A stretch of 64,000 nucleotides of DNA from positions 5,788-69,787 of the forward strand of contig JBAZLK010000006.1 in NCBI GenBank assembly GCA_041650335.1, in the 5' to 3' direction. The translations under genes were made by a program, and so were the position numbers. The notes under the pieces were generated by a model, which saw only the letters and a list, made by a program, of their open reading frames with translations, was not told the origin of the DNA and made no database searches. This DNA comes from Patescibacteria group bacterium (GTDB taxonomy: Bacteria > Patescibacteriota > Patescibacteriia > JAHIZJ01). Within the stretch, counting starts at the first letter, position 1. Each line of letters starts with the position of its first letter. Shown piece by piece: positions 38,253-48,118 of this stretch.

Positions 38253-39707
38253 ATGCCATACAATTGGGCCAAGCTATCCCACCTTTCTCGCGAACAGATC
38301 GAAGCGCTGCAAAATAAAAGGCTACGGCATTTTTTTAAACACCTGGCGCCCTACAGCCCGTATTATCGCGACCTTCTGCAGAAAAACAAGCTGTCGTTTG
38401 ACGAATTTCGGACCACCACCGATTTGTTGAAGCTTCCCTTTACGTCAAAAGCCGATCTGGCACCGACCGAAACGGACCCGGCTAAGCCGCGCCAGTTTAT
38501 TCTCCAGCCAGACGAGCACATGATTAAAAAATACGCTCCGAAAAGCCAGCTCATAAAAATGGTTTGGGGCAAGCTTATTCGACAAGACGTTAAACGCGAG
38601 TTGGAACGCGAATTTAAGCCGATCCATATGCACTTCACGACCGGCCGCACCGCCCTGCCGACGCCTTTTACGTATTCCGAATACGATATTAATCAGATGC
38701 GCGAAAGCAGCGTTCGGATGCTCGACGTCATTCAGGTCGATCGGGGCCAGGTTGGAATAAACGGCTTCCCTTACTCGCCGCATCTGGCGTTTTGGTTGGC
38801 CTACAACGCGCTCACCACGCTCGGCCTGACCAGTTTGCAGACTGGCGGTGGCAAGGTTATGGGCACGCAGAAGATCATTGACGCCATCGAACGGCTGAAG
38901 GGCGGCCTGTTGCTCTTCATCCCGGGGTACGCTTACCACATGCTGCGGGAAGCAGTCCGGCAGAAACGCGATTTTTCTTCTGTTAAATATGTCGTTTTCG
39001 GCGGCGAGCGGGTCAGCCAGGGCCTGCGAGACAAAACACGCGAATTATTGACCGAACTTGGTGCGCACGATCCGAAGATATTCGCCACCTATGCAATGAC
39101 CGAAGGAAAGACCGCCTGGATCCAGTGCGCCGAGGATTCCGGTTACCACCTCTATCCGGACATGGAATATTTTGAAGTCATCGACAAGGATGGTAACCGG
39201 GTGAAGGACGGCGAGCCGGGCGAGCTGGTCTACACGGCGCTCGATTGGCGTGGCTCGGTAGTCCTGCGCTACCGGACCGGCGACATGTGCCCGGGCATCG
39301 ACTATGCGCCTTGCCCGCATTGCGGCCGAACCGTGCCGAGAATCAAGCCGGATATCCAGCGAAATTGCGATGTCAAGGAATTTCATCTCACGAAAATCAA
39401 AGGCGAGCTCGTCAACCTGAACACCTTCTATCCCTTACTCTCCGGGATAAAGGAAATCGAAGAGTGGCAAGTGACGATTCAAAAAAAGAATAACGACCCG
39501 TATGAGGTAGACGAAATCGTCGTTGAAGTAGCCTTAAAAGCGGGCGTGAATTTTGAGCAATACAAGCCGCTATTACACAAGGTAATTTATAGCGAGGTCG
39601 GCGTCGGTACGACGATACGTACGTGCGATATGTCCGTTCTGCTCCAGAAAATCGGGATGGAGACAGAGTTGAAGGATAAGCGGATAATCGACGCCCGGCC
39701 GAAATAG
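38253..39707 (+). CDS. adenylate-forming enzyme, phenylacetate-CoA ligase/coenzyme F390 synthetase (PaaK/CapK)-like
   Basis: Family-wide architecture and motifs (YAMTEG, GELVYT..L, YRTGD). Start at MPYNWAKL (ATG 38253). Confidence 0.65.
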   Translation: MPYNWAKLSHLSREQIEALQNKRLRHFFKHLAPYSPYYRDLLQKNKLSFDEFRTTTDLLKLPFTSKADLAPTETDPAKPRQFILQPDEHMIKKYAPKSQLIKMVWGKLIRQDVKRELEREFKPIHMHFTTGRTALPTPFTYSEYDINQMRESSVRMLDVIQVDRGQVGINGFPYSPHLAFWLAYNALTTLGLTSLQTGGGKVMGTQKIIDAIERLKGGLLLFIPGYAYHMLREAVRQKRDFSSVKYVVFGGERVSQGLRDKTRELLTELGAHDPKIFATYAMTEGKTAWIQCAEDSGYHLYPDMEYFEVIDKDGNRVKDGEPGELVYTALDWRGSVVLRYRTGDMCPGIDYAPCPHCGRTVPRIKPDIQRNCDVKEFHLTKIKGELVNLNTFYPLLSGIKEIEEWQVTIQKKNNDPYEVDEIVVEVALKAGVNFEQYKPLLHKVIYSEVGVGTTIRTCDMSVLLQKIGMETELKDKRIIDARPK

Positions 39708-39727
39708 ATTTTTTGCAACGACTACAT

Positions 39728-39760
39728 AAACAAGCGGTGCTCTGGCCGCTTGTTTTGTTC
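39728..39760 (+). terminator. Rho-independent terminator after acyltransferase/ligase cluster
   Basis: aaacaagcgg-tgctctgg-ccgcttgttttgttc. Confidence 0.6.
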
Positions 39761-39865
39761 TTGATAACATTAATCAAGCAATGACCACGTCTTATCTGGT
39801 CGTCTGACGCACGGGTATCAGTGGCTAGGCGTTTTTAATAAACGCTCATTCATACAATATCATGC

Positions 39866-39894
39866 TTGACTTTTGTCAATAAAAAGGCTACAGT
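39866..39894 (+). promoter_or_regulatory. sigma70-like promoter (TTGACT-17-TACAGT) for DUF47-PiT operon
   Basis: ttgact at 39866-39871 and tacagt at 39889-39894. Confidence 0.4.
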
Positions 39895-39915
39895 CGTAGG
39901 CTCTTTATAAAAAAA

Positions 39916-39969
39916 GAGGGAAGCCCCGTGTTCGTACGCAGTACGATGTGCGACTACGGGGCTTCCCTC
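39916..39969 (+). promoter_or_regulatory. 5'-UTR hairpin (14-bp perfect stem gagggaagccccgt / acggggcttccctc, 26-nt loop)
   Basis: Perfect inverted repeat between the promoter and the RBS of the DUF47 gene. A possible attenuator or leader structure. Confidence 0.45.
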
Positions 39970-40032
39970 GTTCATGATCGAGGGAAAGGAAATGTGGTCA
40001 CGGATGAAACGAACAGTCAAAGGGGGTTGACG

Positions 40033-40827
40033 ATGCGCAAACCGTCCTGGCTATCGGGGCTGAGCTTGCTGCCGATGCGCGACGAGGAGTTTTACCGGCT
40101 CTTCGGACAAATGACCAGCCTGCTCGTATCGGCCAGTGACTTGGTCGTGGAACTGCTGAACGCGGGCGATCGCGATCGCGCTCACCGGTTGGCCGAACGC
40201 CTGAAGCAGTATGAAACGGACTGTGACAGCATAGTTCGGCAAACCGTCACCCGTCTCGAAGTCGCGGCCCAGCCGCCATTCGAGCGCGAAGACATCACCA
40301 CGCTCATCAAAACGTTGGATGACGTGATTGATTGGATGGAACGATTTGCGAACCGTTATGTCACCTATTACGACTCCATCGACGCACGCGGGATCGAACA
40401 GCTCCGAGAACTGGCCGCGGTCGTTCAAGGGTCGTGCAAGACCCTTCACGAAGCCGTGGCGTGCCTGCAAAAGCGCCGCGGCGAGGTGGACGGATATTGC
40501 GTGAAGATCCACGACCTGGAGTCACAGGCGGATGACATCCACCATCACGCCATCGAAGTGGGCAACAACGGTGTACTGCAATTACTGGGAGAGGTTGAGC
40601 CGAGGATCGATGAATTGGTTCGTCGGATCGACGGTACGAACGGCCCGGTTGACACGACCGAGCTGACGCAGCGCAACACGCGCGCTATTTCAGACGTGCT
40701 GAGGGTTCAGCGCGACATGTTCCAGTTTTCGAACCTCAGGGTGTTGCTCGAAGCGCTGGAGCGCGCCAGTGACGCGAGCGATCGGGTAGCCACCGCCATG
40801 AAGAAGATGGTGGTGAACAATGTCTGA
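40033..40827 (+). CDS. DUF47 (PhoU-like, PiT accessory) protein
   Basis: FYRLFGQMTSLLVSASDLVVELL...FEREDITTLIKTLDDVIDWMERFANR matches the TIGR00153/DUF47 helical-bundle family. Start at MRKPSW after the RBS aggggg. Confidence 0.65.
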   Translation: MRKPSWLSGLSLLPMRDEEFYRLFGQMTSLLVSASDLVVELLNAGDRDRAHRLAERLKQYETDCDSIVRQTVTRLEVAAQPPFEREDITTLIKTLDDVIDWMERFANRYVTYYDSIDARGIEQLRELAAVVQGSCKTLHEAVACLQKRRGEVDGYCVKIHDLESQADDIHHHAIEVGNNGVLQLLGEVEPRIDELVRRIDGTNGPVDTTELTQRNTRAISDVLRVQRDMFQFSNLRVLLEALERASDASDRVATAMKKMVVNNV

Positions 40828-41818
40828 CGGACTGCTCCTCTTTCTCGTCATCGGCGGTGCGCTCTGGTTTGACTTCGTCAATGGTTTTCATGACGCAGCC
40901 AACGCCATTGCGACCGTCGTTTCAACGCGCGCATTATCAGCCCGTCAGGCTATCCTCTTGGCCAGAACGCTGAACTTCGTTGGAGCGCTCGCTCACACGG
41001 CGGTTGCCTATACTATCGGCAAGGGGGTTGTCGACAGTGGTGCCGTGACACTGCCCATTCTGCTGGCGGCAGTTATGGGTGCCATCGGTTGGGGCTACCT
41101 GACCTGGTATTTTGGATTGCCGTCGAGCTCGACTCACGCCCTCGTCGGCGGCCTCATCGGTGTGGCGCTGTTCACCCACCACTTTGACTTTTCGATTCTC
41201 ATCGGCTCCGGCATACAGAAGATTCTGATTGCCATGGTTCTGTCGCCGATCGCTGGAATCGTTGGGTCAATGCTGGTTCTGACGGCGCTCAGCTGGGCAT
41301 CCTGGAAAACGCCCTATCGATCGTCAGCCAAGTTCTTCAAGCGTCTTCAGGTACTCAGTGCCTCGATGGTTTCCTTCTCACATGGCATGACCGACGCCCA
41401 GAACGGCATGGGTATCATCGCTGTCGCCCTTCTCGCGCATGGTCTGACCAAAGACTTCCACATTCCGATGTGGGTGCGTCTGGCCAGTGCAACAGCTATT
41501 GGGCTTGGCACCTCGGTCGGCGGCTGGCGCATTATCAGGACCATGGGAACCAAGATGGTCAAGCTTCACGAGCCGATTGCCGGGTGCTCAGCCGAGCTAA
41601 CCGGCGGTCTGGTCATCGCCACGGCCGCGTTTTCGGGGGCGCCGATCTCAACCACGCACGTGATCGCGACCGCGATCATGGGCACCGGAGCGGCACGCAA
41701 ACTCGGGAACATCAAGTGGAGAATTGTCCGACAGATCGTTCTCGCCTGGTTGATCACCTTCCCTGGCGCGGCGCTGGTTGGCATGATGTCGTACCTTTTC
41801 CTTCGTCTCTTTCTGTAA
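40820..41818 (+). CDS. pit: inorganic phosphate transporter, PiT family
   Basis: Duplicated PHO4 motifs GFHDAANAIATVVSTRAL and SHGMTDAQNGMGII, with about 10 TM helices. Confidence 0.9.
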   Translation: MSDGLLLFLVIGGALWFDFVNGFHDAANAIATVVSTRALSARQAILLARTLNFVGALAHTAVAYTIGKGVVDSGAVTLPILLAAVMGAIGWGYLTWYFGLPSSSTHALVGGLIGVALFTHHFDFSILIGSGIQKILIAMVLSPIAGIVGSMLVLTALSWASWKTPYRSSAKFFKRLQVLSASMVSFSHGMTDAQNGMGIIAVALLAHGLTKDFHIPMWVRLASATAIGLGTSVGGWRIIRTMGTKMVKLHEPIAGCSAELTGGLVIATAAFSGAPISTTHVIATAIMGTGAARKLGNIKWRIVRQIVLAWLITFPGAALVGMMSYLFLRLFL

Positions 41819-41919
41819 GACTCTGCAGATTCTGCGGGGTCCTTTTCTTTTTTCTGGGAGAGGAACACTCCCTTTGAGTGTTGGGTTTTTCCATAAAAAA
41901 AGGGGAAGCCGAAGCTTCC

Positions 41920-42648
41920 CTAGCAGATCGTGGAGCGGTAATGAGCAGGCCGATCCTGGAACGAAGCAATGCCGTCGCTCACCGACAGCGGCCAGAGCAT
42001 GCAGAGGTTGCCGTCTTCCGGATCGTCCGGATGTTCGAGCAGTGCGATTGCCTGCACGAGTCCGGCGCCGATTTCGAAGTACTCGGGCAGTAAGGCCGGA
42101 TTCTCGTGATTGTTCGGCGCGAAGCTGAAGACGGCCACATGCTTGCCCCACCAAGGCTGGGAACGCATGGTGGTTCCTCGCGTCACGCCGCGGAGATGGG
42201 CGGTGGCATGTATGGTCGGGGTCAGACGGCTCTTCCGGACCTGGAGTCGTCCGTCCCTCAGACCGCGAGAACAGGCGTCAACGACAGCCGCGTCGAGCTG
42301 CTGCAGGCCGTTACAGTAGATGTACGGCTGATCGGTGCGGATCGTGGTATCCGCGTTGATGAAGCGGAGACGAACGCGCCGCGAGTCGTTCGGGAAGTCG
42401 GGCTGATCGCAAAACAGCCGGCCGACGATGTGGACATCCTCGATCCGCTGGCCGTCCGGCAACATCGGAGTCGCGACGGTCCGTCGTCCGTACACGGCCA
42501 CGTGGCGGGTTTCATCCCTTACCGGAATTTCGACCACCCGTTCGAGGTGCAGGGCGATCTTCATCGACGTTGATTCGAGCGTAGCATCTTCGCCGGGTTG
42601 GCTGAACGCTTGCTCGATAGCACCAAACAGTGGACAGGTCAGTACCAT
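41920..42648 (-). CDS. hypothetical protein (GC-rich)
   Basis: 242 aa with no recognisable motifs. Divergent from tig. About 62% GC. Confidence 0.35.
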   Translation of the reverse strand: MVLTCPLFGAIEQAFSQPGEDATLESTSMKIALHLERVVEIPVRDETRHVAVYGRRTVATPMLPDGQRIEDVHIVGRLFCDQPDFPNDSRRVRLRFINADTTIRTDQPYIYCNGLQQLDAAVVDACSRGLRDGRLQVRKSRLTPTIHATAHLRGVTRGTTMRSQPWWGKHVAVFSFAPNNHENPALLPEYFEIGAGLVQAIALLEHPDDPEDGNLCMLWPLSVSDGIASFQDRPAHYRSTIC

Positions 42649-42937
42649 GACTTCTCCTCCTCATGTCGAGCCGACGACAACTGAAGAAGAGATAGTTATG
42701 TCCCGTGGTTCGATGGCTCTCACCACAGGCTCTGGTTTTGGCACCTTCTTCCAGCCGGTTTGGCCGGAAGGGTTGCCGAGCGGTCAATGGGCCAGCACCC
42801 TCGCGCTACTCGGCATAACTTCTCGACGGCGAGGACAGTGTAGGAAAGAACGCTTCGTCTGTCAAATTACGACTGACGAAGGTTTACAAAAGGCCGATAA
42901 TAGGCTACCATACAAAAACGTAACACCTATTTTTTAA

Positions 42938-44242
42938 ATGAAACATGCGATGAATGTTACCATCGAACAATTGCCGAAGAGCCTGACTAAATTGACGGTT
43001 GAGCTCGCTCCCGAAGAACTCCAGCCGTATTTGCAAGCCGCCGCAGGCCGCTTGTCGACCCGCGTAGATTTTCCTGGTTTTCGTCCAGGTAAAGCACCCT
43101 ACGAGTTGGTTAAACAGCGTCTGGGCGAGGTTGCTATTTATGAAGAAGCGACCGAGGAGATTGTAAAAAAATCGTACGTCAAGGCAGTAATCGAAAAAAA
43201 CATTGAAGCGATCGGCCGACCGGAAATAAAGGTTCAAAAAATGGCGCCAGGCAATCCGTTCGTCTTTACGGCGGAAGTGGCGGTCGTTCCGGCCGTCACA
43301 CTCGGTGATTATAAGAAACTGAAGGCTCGGAAGAAAGAAACGAAGATCGATCCGGACGGAGTCAAGAAAACGCTGGACGAGCTCCGTCGTTTGCGGGCGA
43401 AGGAAGCGCTGGTCGATCGGCCGGCTAAAATGGGCGATAAAGTTGAGCTTGATGTCAGCCTTTATCTTGACGGTATTCCGGTCGACGGCGGACAGGGTAA
43501 GAAACAGCAGATTGTCATCGGCGAAAAAATGTTTATACCCGGCTTTGAAGAAAAACTTATCGACGCCAAGGCCGGCGAGACAAAAGAATTTCAGCTGCCC
43601 TATCCGAAGGAGTATCATCAGAAGAATTTGGCCGGCCGGAACGTTGACTTCAAAGTATCGGTCAAAGCCGTTTACCAGATTGACCTGCCGGAATTAAATG
43701 ACGAATTCGCCCAGTCGCTCGGCAAGTTTAAGAATCAGTCTGAGGTGGAAGACCAGATCAAGCGAAACCTGCTCGAGGAATCGACCCTGAAAGAACAGCA
43801 GCGCTTCGAGCTCGACATGCTCAATGAAATCATTGAGCAATCAACGTTTGGTGAATTGCCCGAAGTATTAATAACTGCCGAATTGAACCGGATGATTGAA
43901 GAAATCCGTCACGACCTCGAACACCAGGGCGCCAACCTCGAGGATTACTTGTCACATATTAAGAAAACCCCGGAAGAGTTTCGCGCGGGACTTCAAAACC
44001 AAGCCGAGCGTAGGATCAAGAGCGCCCTCGTGCTCCGCGCGATTCGTGAACAGGAAAAGCTCAATGTCGACCCCGCCCTGATTGAAGCCGAGCTTGGGAA
44101 ACGCAAGGGAATGTACAAAGACGACACAGAAACGTATAATAAAATTGATTCACCCGAATATCGGGATCAGCTCGAGGAAATGTTGCTCAATCGGAAAGTG
44201 CTTGAATTTCTCGAGTCACATATTTACCCAGCCAAGGCATGA
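42938..44242 (+). CDS. tig: trigger factor
   Basis: Ribosome-binding N-domain (GFRPGKAPYELV), a PPIase-like middle domain and a C-terminal domain. Confidence 0.9.
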   Translation: MKHAMNVTIEQLPKSLTKLTVELAPEELQPYLQAAAGRLSTRVDFPGFRPGKAPYELVKQRLGEVAIYEEATEEIVKKSYVKAVIEKNIEAIGRPEIKVQKMAPGNPFVFTAEVAVVPAVTLGDYKKLKARKKETKIDPDGVKKTLDELRRLRAKEALVDRPAKMGDKVELDVSLYLDGIPVDGGQGKKQQIVIGEKMFIPGFEEKLIDAKAGETKEFQLPYPKEYHQKNLAGRNVDFKVSVKAVYQIDLPELNDEFAQSLGKFKNQSEVEDQIKRNLLEESTLKEQQRFELDMLNEIIEQSTFGELPEVLITAELNRMIEEIRHDLEHQGANLEDYLSHIKKTPEEFRAGLQNQAERRIKSALVLRAIREQEKLNVDPALIEAELGKRKGMYKDDTETYNKIDSPEYRDQLEEMLLNRKVLEFLESHIYPAKA

Positions 44243-45075
44243 AGATTGGCGCTCACGTTTCCAGCGCGGGCAACATCAGCGAAACGCCACAACGCGCGGC
44301 CGAGATCGGCGGTGAGTGTTTTCAGATGTTCAGCCGTTCCCCGCGCGGCGGGCCGGCGCCAGCGATAACACCAGCGACGGCTGCGTCATTTCAAAGCAAT
44401 CTGAAAAAATTTCAGCAAACGGCGAGTTATATTCACACGCCGTACTATATCAATCTGGCTTCGTCGAACAACCGCATCCGTTACGGCTCGATCCAAGTGA
44501 TTCGCGAGGAACTGGAGCGTGGCAGTCTGCTCGGCATCACCGCGGTGATGACGCATCTGGGGTCGGCCAAAGATTTAGGCGAAGCAAAAGCGCGGCAGCA
44601 GGTGGCCGAGGGAATAAAGCGTTTGCTCGATAGGTATGATGGGAGAACTGAGTTTCTGATCGAAATGTCAGCCGGAGCCGGTTTGATCATTGGCGACACC
44701 TTCGAAGAAATTGCCGAGCTGATCGAGGCGAGCGGCCAACGTGACATCGGTGTTTGTTTCGATACTGCCCATGCGTTTGCGTCAGGATATGATCTTCGGA
44801 CGGCTGAAGCGGTCAAAGAAACGTTTGCCCAATTTGACCACGTACTCGGTCTGAAGCGCTTGAAACTTATTCACGCGAACGACTCAAAGGCGGAATTCAA
44901 TTCCCATCGCGATCGGCACGACCATATTGGCCAAGGGAAAATCGGTTTGGCCGGCTTTCGCGCCCTGCTTCATCACCCGGCGTTACGCACAATCAACCTC
45001 GTTCTTGAAACGCCGTCAGACGGAGCCCGGATAGACGACGTAGAAATATTGAAAAAAATACGCGCTGAAAAATAA
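44239..45075 (+). CDS. nfo: deoxyribonuclease IV (endonuclease IV)
   Basis: KIGAHVS, AYIHTPYYINLAS, HLGS, CFDTAH and HANDSK are the AP-endonuclease family 2 metal-binding motifs. Confidence 0.9.
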   Translation: MKIGAHVSSAGNISETPQRAAEIGGECFQMFSRSPRGGPAPAITPATAASFQSNLKKFQQTASYIHTPYYINLASSNNRIRYGSIQVIREELERGSLLGITAVMTHLGSAKDLGEAKARQQVAEGIKRLLDRYDGRTEFLIEMSAGAGLIIGDTFEEIAELIEASGQRDIGVCFDTAHAFASGYDLRTAEAVKETFAQFDHVLGLKRLKLIHANDSKAEFNSHRDRHDHIGQGKIGLAGFRALLHHPALRTINLVLETPSDGARIDDVEILKKIRAEK

Positions 45076-45081
45076 TCGAAC

Positions 45082-46404
45082 GTGAAATACGCCGAGCTCG
45101 ATCACTACGTTGAATACCTACGAAAATTTCCGCGGTTTAGTAGCCGCGATTATTTGCAATTGCACCGGATACGCGCCCTGCTGCGAGAGCTGGGACATCC
45201 CGAGCGGCGGCTGCGCGGTTTTCAGGTGGCTGGCACGAATGGCAAGGGCTCAACCGTGGCCATGCTGGATTCTGTTTTACGGGCGGCCGGCTATCGGGTA
45301 GGCGCATTCTATTCCCCCCATCTGGTTTCGTATACCGAACGGTTCCAGATAAACGGTCGGCCGATCAGCCGGAAACGCTTAAGCCAAATAATTACCAGAC
45401 TTCAGCCAGCCGTTGAGCGGGTCAGCCAAAAAGTCGGTGACCGGCCGACCTGGTTCGAAGTTATAACCGCCGCGGGCGCGGTGTATTTTGCCGAATCAAA
45501 GATCGACTGGGTGGTTTTTGAAGTCGGCTTGGGCGGTCGGTTGGATGCGACGACGGCCTTGGGCTTGAAGTACAAGTGTATTACGGAGATTGGATATGAC
45601 CATATGCATATCCTTGGAACAACAATCCGCCGCATCGCCCGAGAAAAAGCCGGGATTATCACCGGGCGGAATACGGTTATCACGTCAAATACTGGCGAAG
45701 CACTTCAGGTGATTCAGAACCGCTGTCGGAAAACGCATTCACGATTATATGAAAGTCCGGCCATAAAGAATCAACAGTTGAGCGTTACCGGCACCGTCTT
45801 TTCGTTTATTGAGGCCGGCGAGTCCTATCGGGCGGCGATCAGATTCGTGGGTGAGCGTCAGGCGATAAATGCCGCCATGGTTTTTCGGCTGATGAGGGAG
45901 AGGCTGGCGCTTCCATCAAAGACAATATTGCTCGGGCTGAAAAATGCGACGCTGGCTGGCCGGTTTCAAATAATCAAAAAAAAGCCAATCATCATTATCG
46001 ACGGCGCTCATAATGTCCCGGCAATACAGTATCTTTTACGGACGCTCACCCGGCTCGGCATCGAGCGTAATCGCCTCATAACCGTATTCGGAGCAAAAAC
46101 CAGAAAAAATTATCGCGCCATGGCCAGATTACTCGCTCGGCGTTCAAAAACAATTATCTTTCCGAAGACCGGCCTGCCGAACATGGCCGCCCCGCAGAAT
46201 TTGAAACGGCTATTGCCGGCCAGCCGAGTTGTCCCCAGCCTGCGCTCGGCCCTTCGGCTGGCACAGACAAAAGCCAATAAAAATGATATGATTTTAATAA
46301 CTGGCTCTTTTTATCTGATCGGCGAAGTACTGCGCGAACGTGGCTACCGGCGAACAGCCTCAGTCGACCGGATTGACGACAATCAAATTGAGCAAAAACC
46401 ATGA
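45082..46404 (+). CDS. folC: Mur-ligase-family folylpolyglutamate synthase/dihydrofolate synthase
   Basis: VAGTNGKGST P-loop and the FolC middle and C-terminal domains. Confidence 0.8.
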   Translation: MKYAELDHYVEYLRKFPRFSSRDYLQLHRIRALLRELGHPERRLRGFQVAGTNGKGSTVAMLDSVLRAAGYRVGAFYSPHLVSYTERFQINGRPISRKRLSQIITRLQPAVERVSQKVGDRPTWFEVITAAGAVYFAESKIDWVVFEVGLGGRLDATTALGLKYKCITEIGYDHMHILGTTIRRIAREKAGIITGRNTVITSNTGEALQVIQNRCRKTHSRLYESPAIKNQQLSVTGTVFSFIEAGESYRAAIRFVGERQAINAAMVFRLMRERLALPSKTILLGLKNATLAGRFQIIKKKPIIIIDGAHNVPAIQYLLRTLTRLGIERNRLITVFGAKTRKNYRAMARLLARRSKTIIFPKTGLPNMAAPQNLKRLLPASRVVPSLRSALRLAQTKANKNDMILITGSFYLIGEVLRERGYRRTASVDRIDDNQIEQKP

Positions 46405-46462
46405 CGCATTAGGCTAAAAACCAACCGTCCTATTTTATCCTTGAAGTTCGAAAGGACTGTCT

Positions 46463-47131
46463 ATGGTTTTTAGCAAATGGTATTTTCCCTCGCGGCGCGA
46501 TGTGATAATGGTCGGATTTGTTACGACCTACCTCATGGCCAATATCGTGTCCGTGAAGTTCGTCAAACTGTTCTGGCTGAATCTGCCGGCCGGCACGCTG
46601 CTCATCCCGCTGACGTTTCTCTTTGCCGATGCCTTCAGTGAACTCTACGGCCGCCGCGAAGCTCAACGCCTGATCTGGCTCGGTTTCTATGCCAACCTCC
46701 TGGTCGTTATTATCAGCAAAATTACTGTTTGGGTGGCGCCGGCGGATTTTTGGGTCGGACATGCCGAGGCGTACAATTATGTCATCAGCTCGGCGCCGAA
46801 AATAATCATCGCCAGCATTGCCGCCTATCTCATATCTCAGTCCTACGACGTCTGGCTTTTTCACCTGCTCCGCCGGCTAACGCGCGATCGCTGGTTCTGG
46901 CTGCGGAAAAACGCGTCGACCCTCACGAGCCAGTTTATTGATACGGCCGCACTCATTGGCATACTGGTACTGTTTGGGGTCGTGCCAGCGGTTGTGGCCT
47001 GGTCGGTCATCGGGTCAAATTATCTCGTGAAATCCGTCTTCGGGCTTATCGACACGCCGCTCTGCTATCTCTTGATCTGGCGCCGCCGGTCCGTGAAAGA
47101 AAAGATAAACGCACCGGAACAAATCCAGTGA
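46463..47131 (+). CDS. yhhQ: queuosine-precursor transporter YhhQ (DUF165)
   Basis: Six TM helices. LIPLTFLFADAFSELYG and QFIDTAALIG are DUF165 hallmarks. Confidence 0.8.
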   Translation: MVFSKWYFPSRRDVIMVGFVTTYLMANIVSVKFVKLFWLNLPAGTLLIPLTFLFADAFSELYGRREAQRLIWLGFYANLLVVIISKITVWVAPADFWVGHAEAYNYVISSAPKIIIASIAAYLISQSYDVWLFHLLRRLTRDRWFWLRKNASTLTSQFIDTAALIGILVLFGVVPAVVAWSVIGSNYLVKSVFGLIDTPLCYLLIWRRRSVKEKINAPEQIQ

Positions 47132-47535
47132 CAAAAACCGCCGTGAACATTATTAAAGGCCGCGTTATCCGGGGCGAAGGGCGTGGTCGCCAACAGGGCT
47201 ATCCGACGGCGAACCTCGACCGCCGGTATTTTCGGACGCATCCGATTGCAAACGGAGTGTATGCCGGACTGGTTGAAATGCGCAAGAAACAACGCCGGTG
47301 CCTGGTCATAGTCGGAGCGCCGTATGCCGCTGGCCGGAAAAAAATAAAAAAAATTGAGGTCCATATTCTCAACTTCCGCGGCAACATCAGGCGTGTCAGA
47401 CTCGAGGTTCGGCTGATCAAAAAAATCCGGCCGATGAAAACATTCACCGATCAGAAGTCACTCCTCAGGCAGATCCGGAGCGATATTCGACGGGCGAAAA
47501 ATATATTTCATTACTATTCGAAAAAACATGTTTAG
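47128..47535 (+). CDS. riboflavin kinase (flavokinase domain only)
   Basis: GRVIRGEGRGRQQGYPTANL is the flavokinase motif. No FAD-synthetase N-domain. Confidence 0.7.
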   Translation: MTKTAVNIIKGRVIRGEGRGRQQGYPTANLDRRYFRTHPIANGVYAGLVEMRKKQRRCLVIVGAPYAAGRKKIKKIEVHILNFRGNIRRVRLEVRLIKKIRPMKTFTDQKSLLRQIRSDIRRAKNIFHYYSKKHV

Positions 47536-48118
47536 CGGCATGGTCTACGACATCGGCACAATCAAGGAAATAAAAAAACGCCAAAAGGCCTGGGCACTTC
47601 ATATCCAGGCCAAACGGATTCTTGGGCGTCTCAAGGTCAGTAGCAGCGTGTCGGTCAACGGCGCCTGCCTGACGGTCGTAAAGAAAGTACCCGGCGGTTT
47701 CTGGGTCGAGGCGGTGGCTGAAACACTACGACGAACCGCGCTTGGCAAGTACCGGGTTGGCACCAGGGTAAATCTTGAGCCGGCCGTTCGGCCATTTGAC
47801 GAACTGGGCGGGCATTTGGTCCAGGGGCACATCGACTGTGTCGGAAAAATAACGGACATATTTGATACCAAGCATGACTTGATTTACACGATCGAGCTGC
47901 CGAAAAAGCTCATGCGCTACGTGGCCAACAAGGGCTTTATTGCAGTCGACGGCGTTAGCCTGACTGGTTTCAATCCTGACACGATCGCCTTTCAGGTCGC
48001 CATCATTCCGTATACGAACAAACACACCGTCTTCCAATATAAAAAGGAGGGCGACCCGGTTAACATTGAAGTCGACATGATGGCAAAATATCTTGAGCGC
48101 TTACTGCCGAAAAAATGA
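47528..48118 (+). CDS. ribE: riboflavin synthase alpha subunit
   Basis: MFSGMVYDIGTI... with the duplicated lumazine-binding motifs SVNGACLTV and AVDGVSLT. Confidence 0.9.
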   Translation: MFSGMVYDIGTIKEIKKRQKAWALHIQAKRILGRLKVSSSVSVNGACLTVVKKVPGGFWVEAVAETLRRTALGKYRVGTRVNLEPAVRPFDELGGHLVQGHIDCVGKITDIFDTKHDLIYTIELPKKLMRYVANKGFIAVDGVSLTGFNPDTIAFQVAIIPYTNKHTVFQYKKEGDPVNIEVDMMAKYLERLLPKK

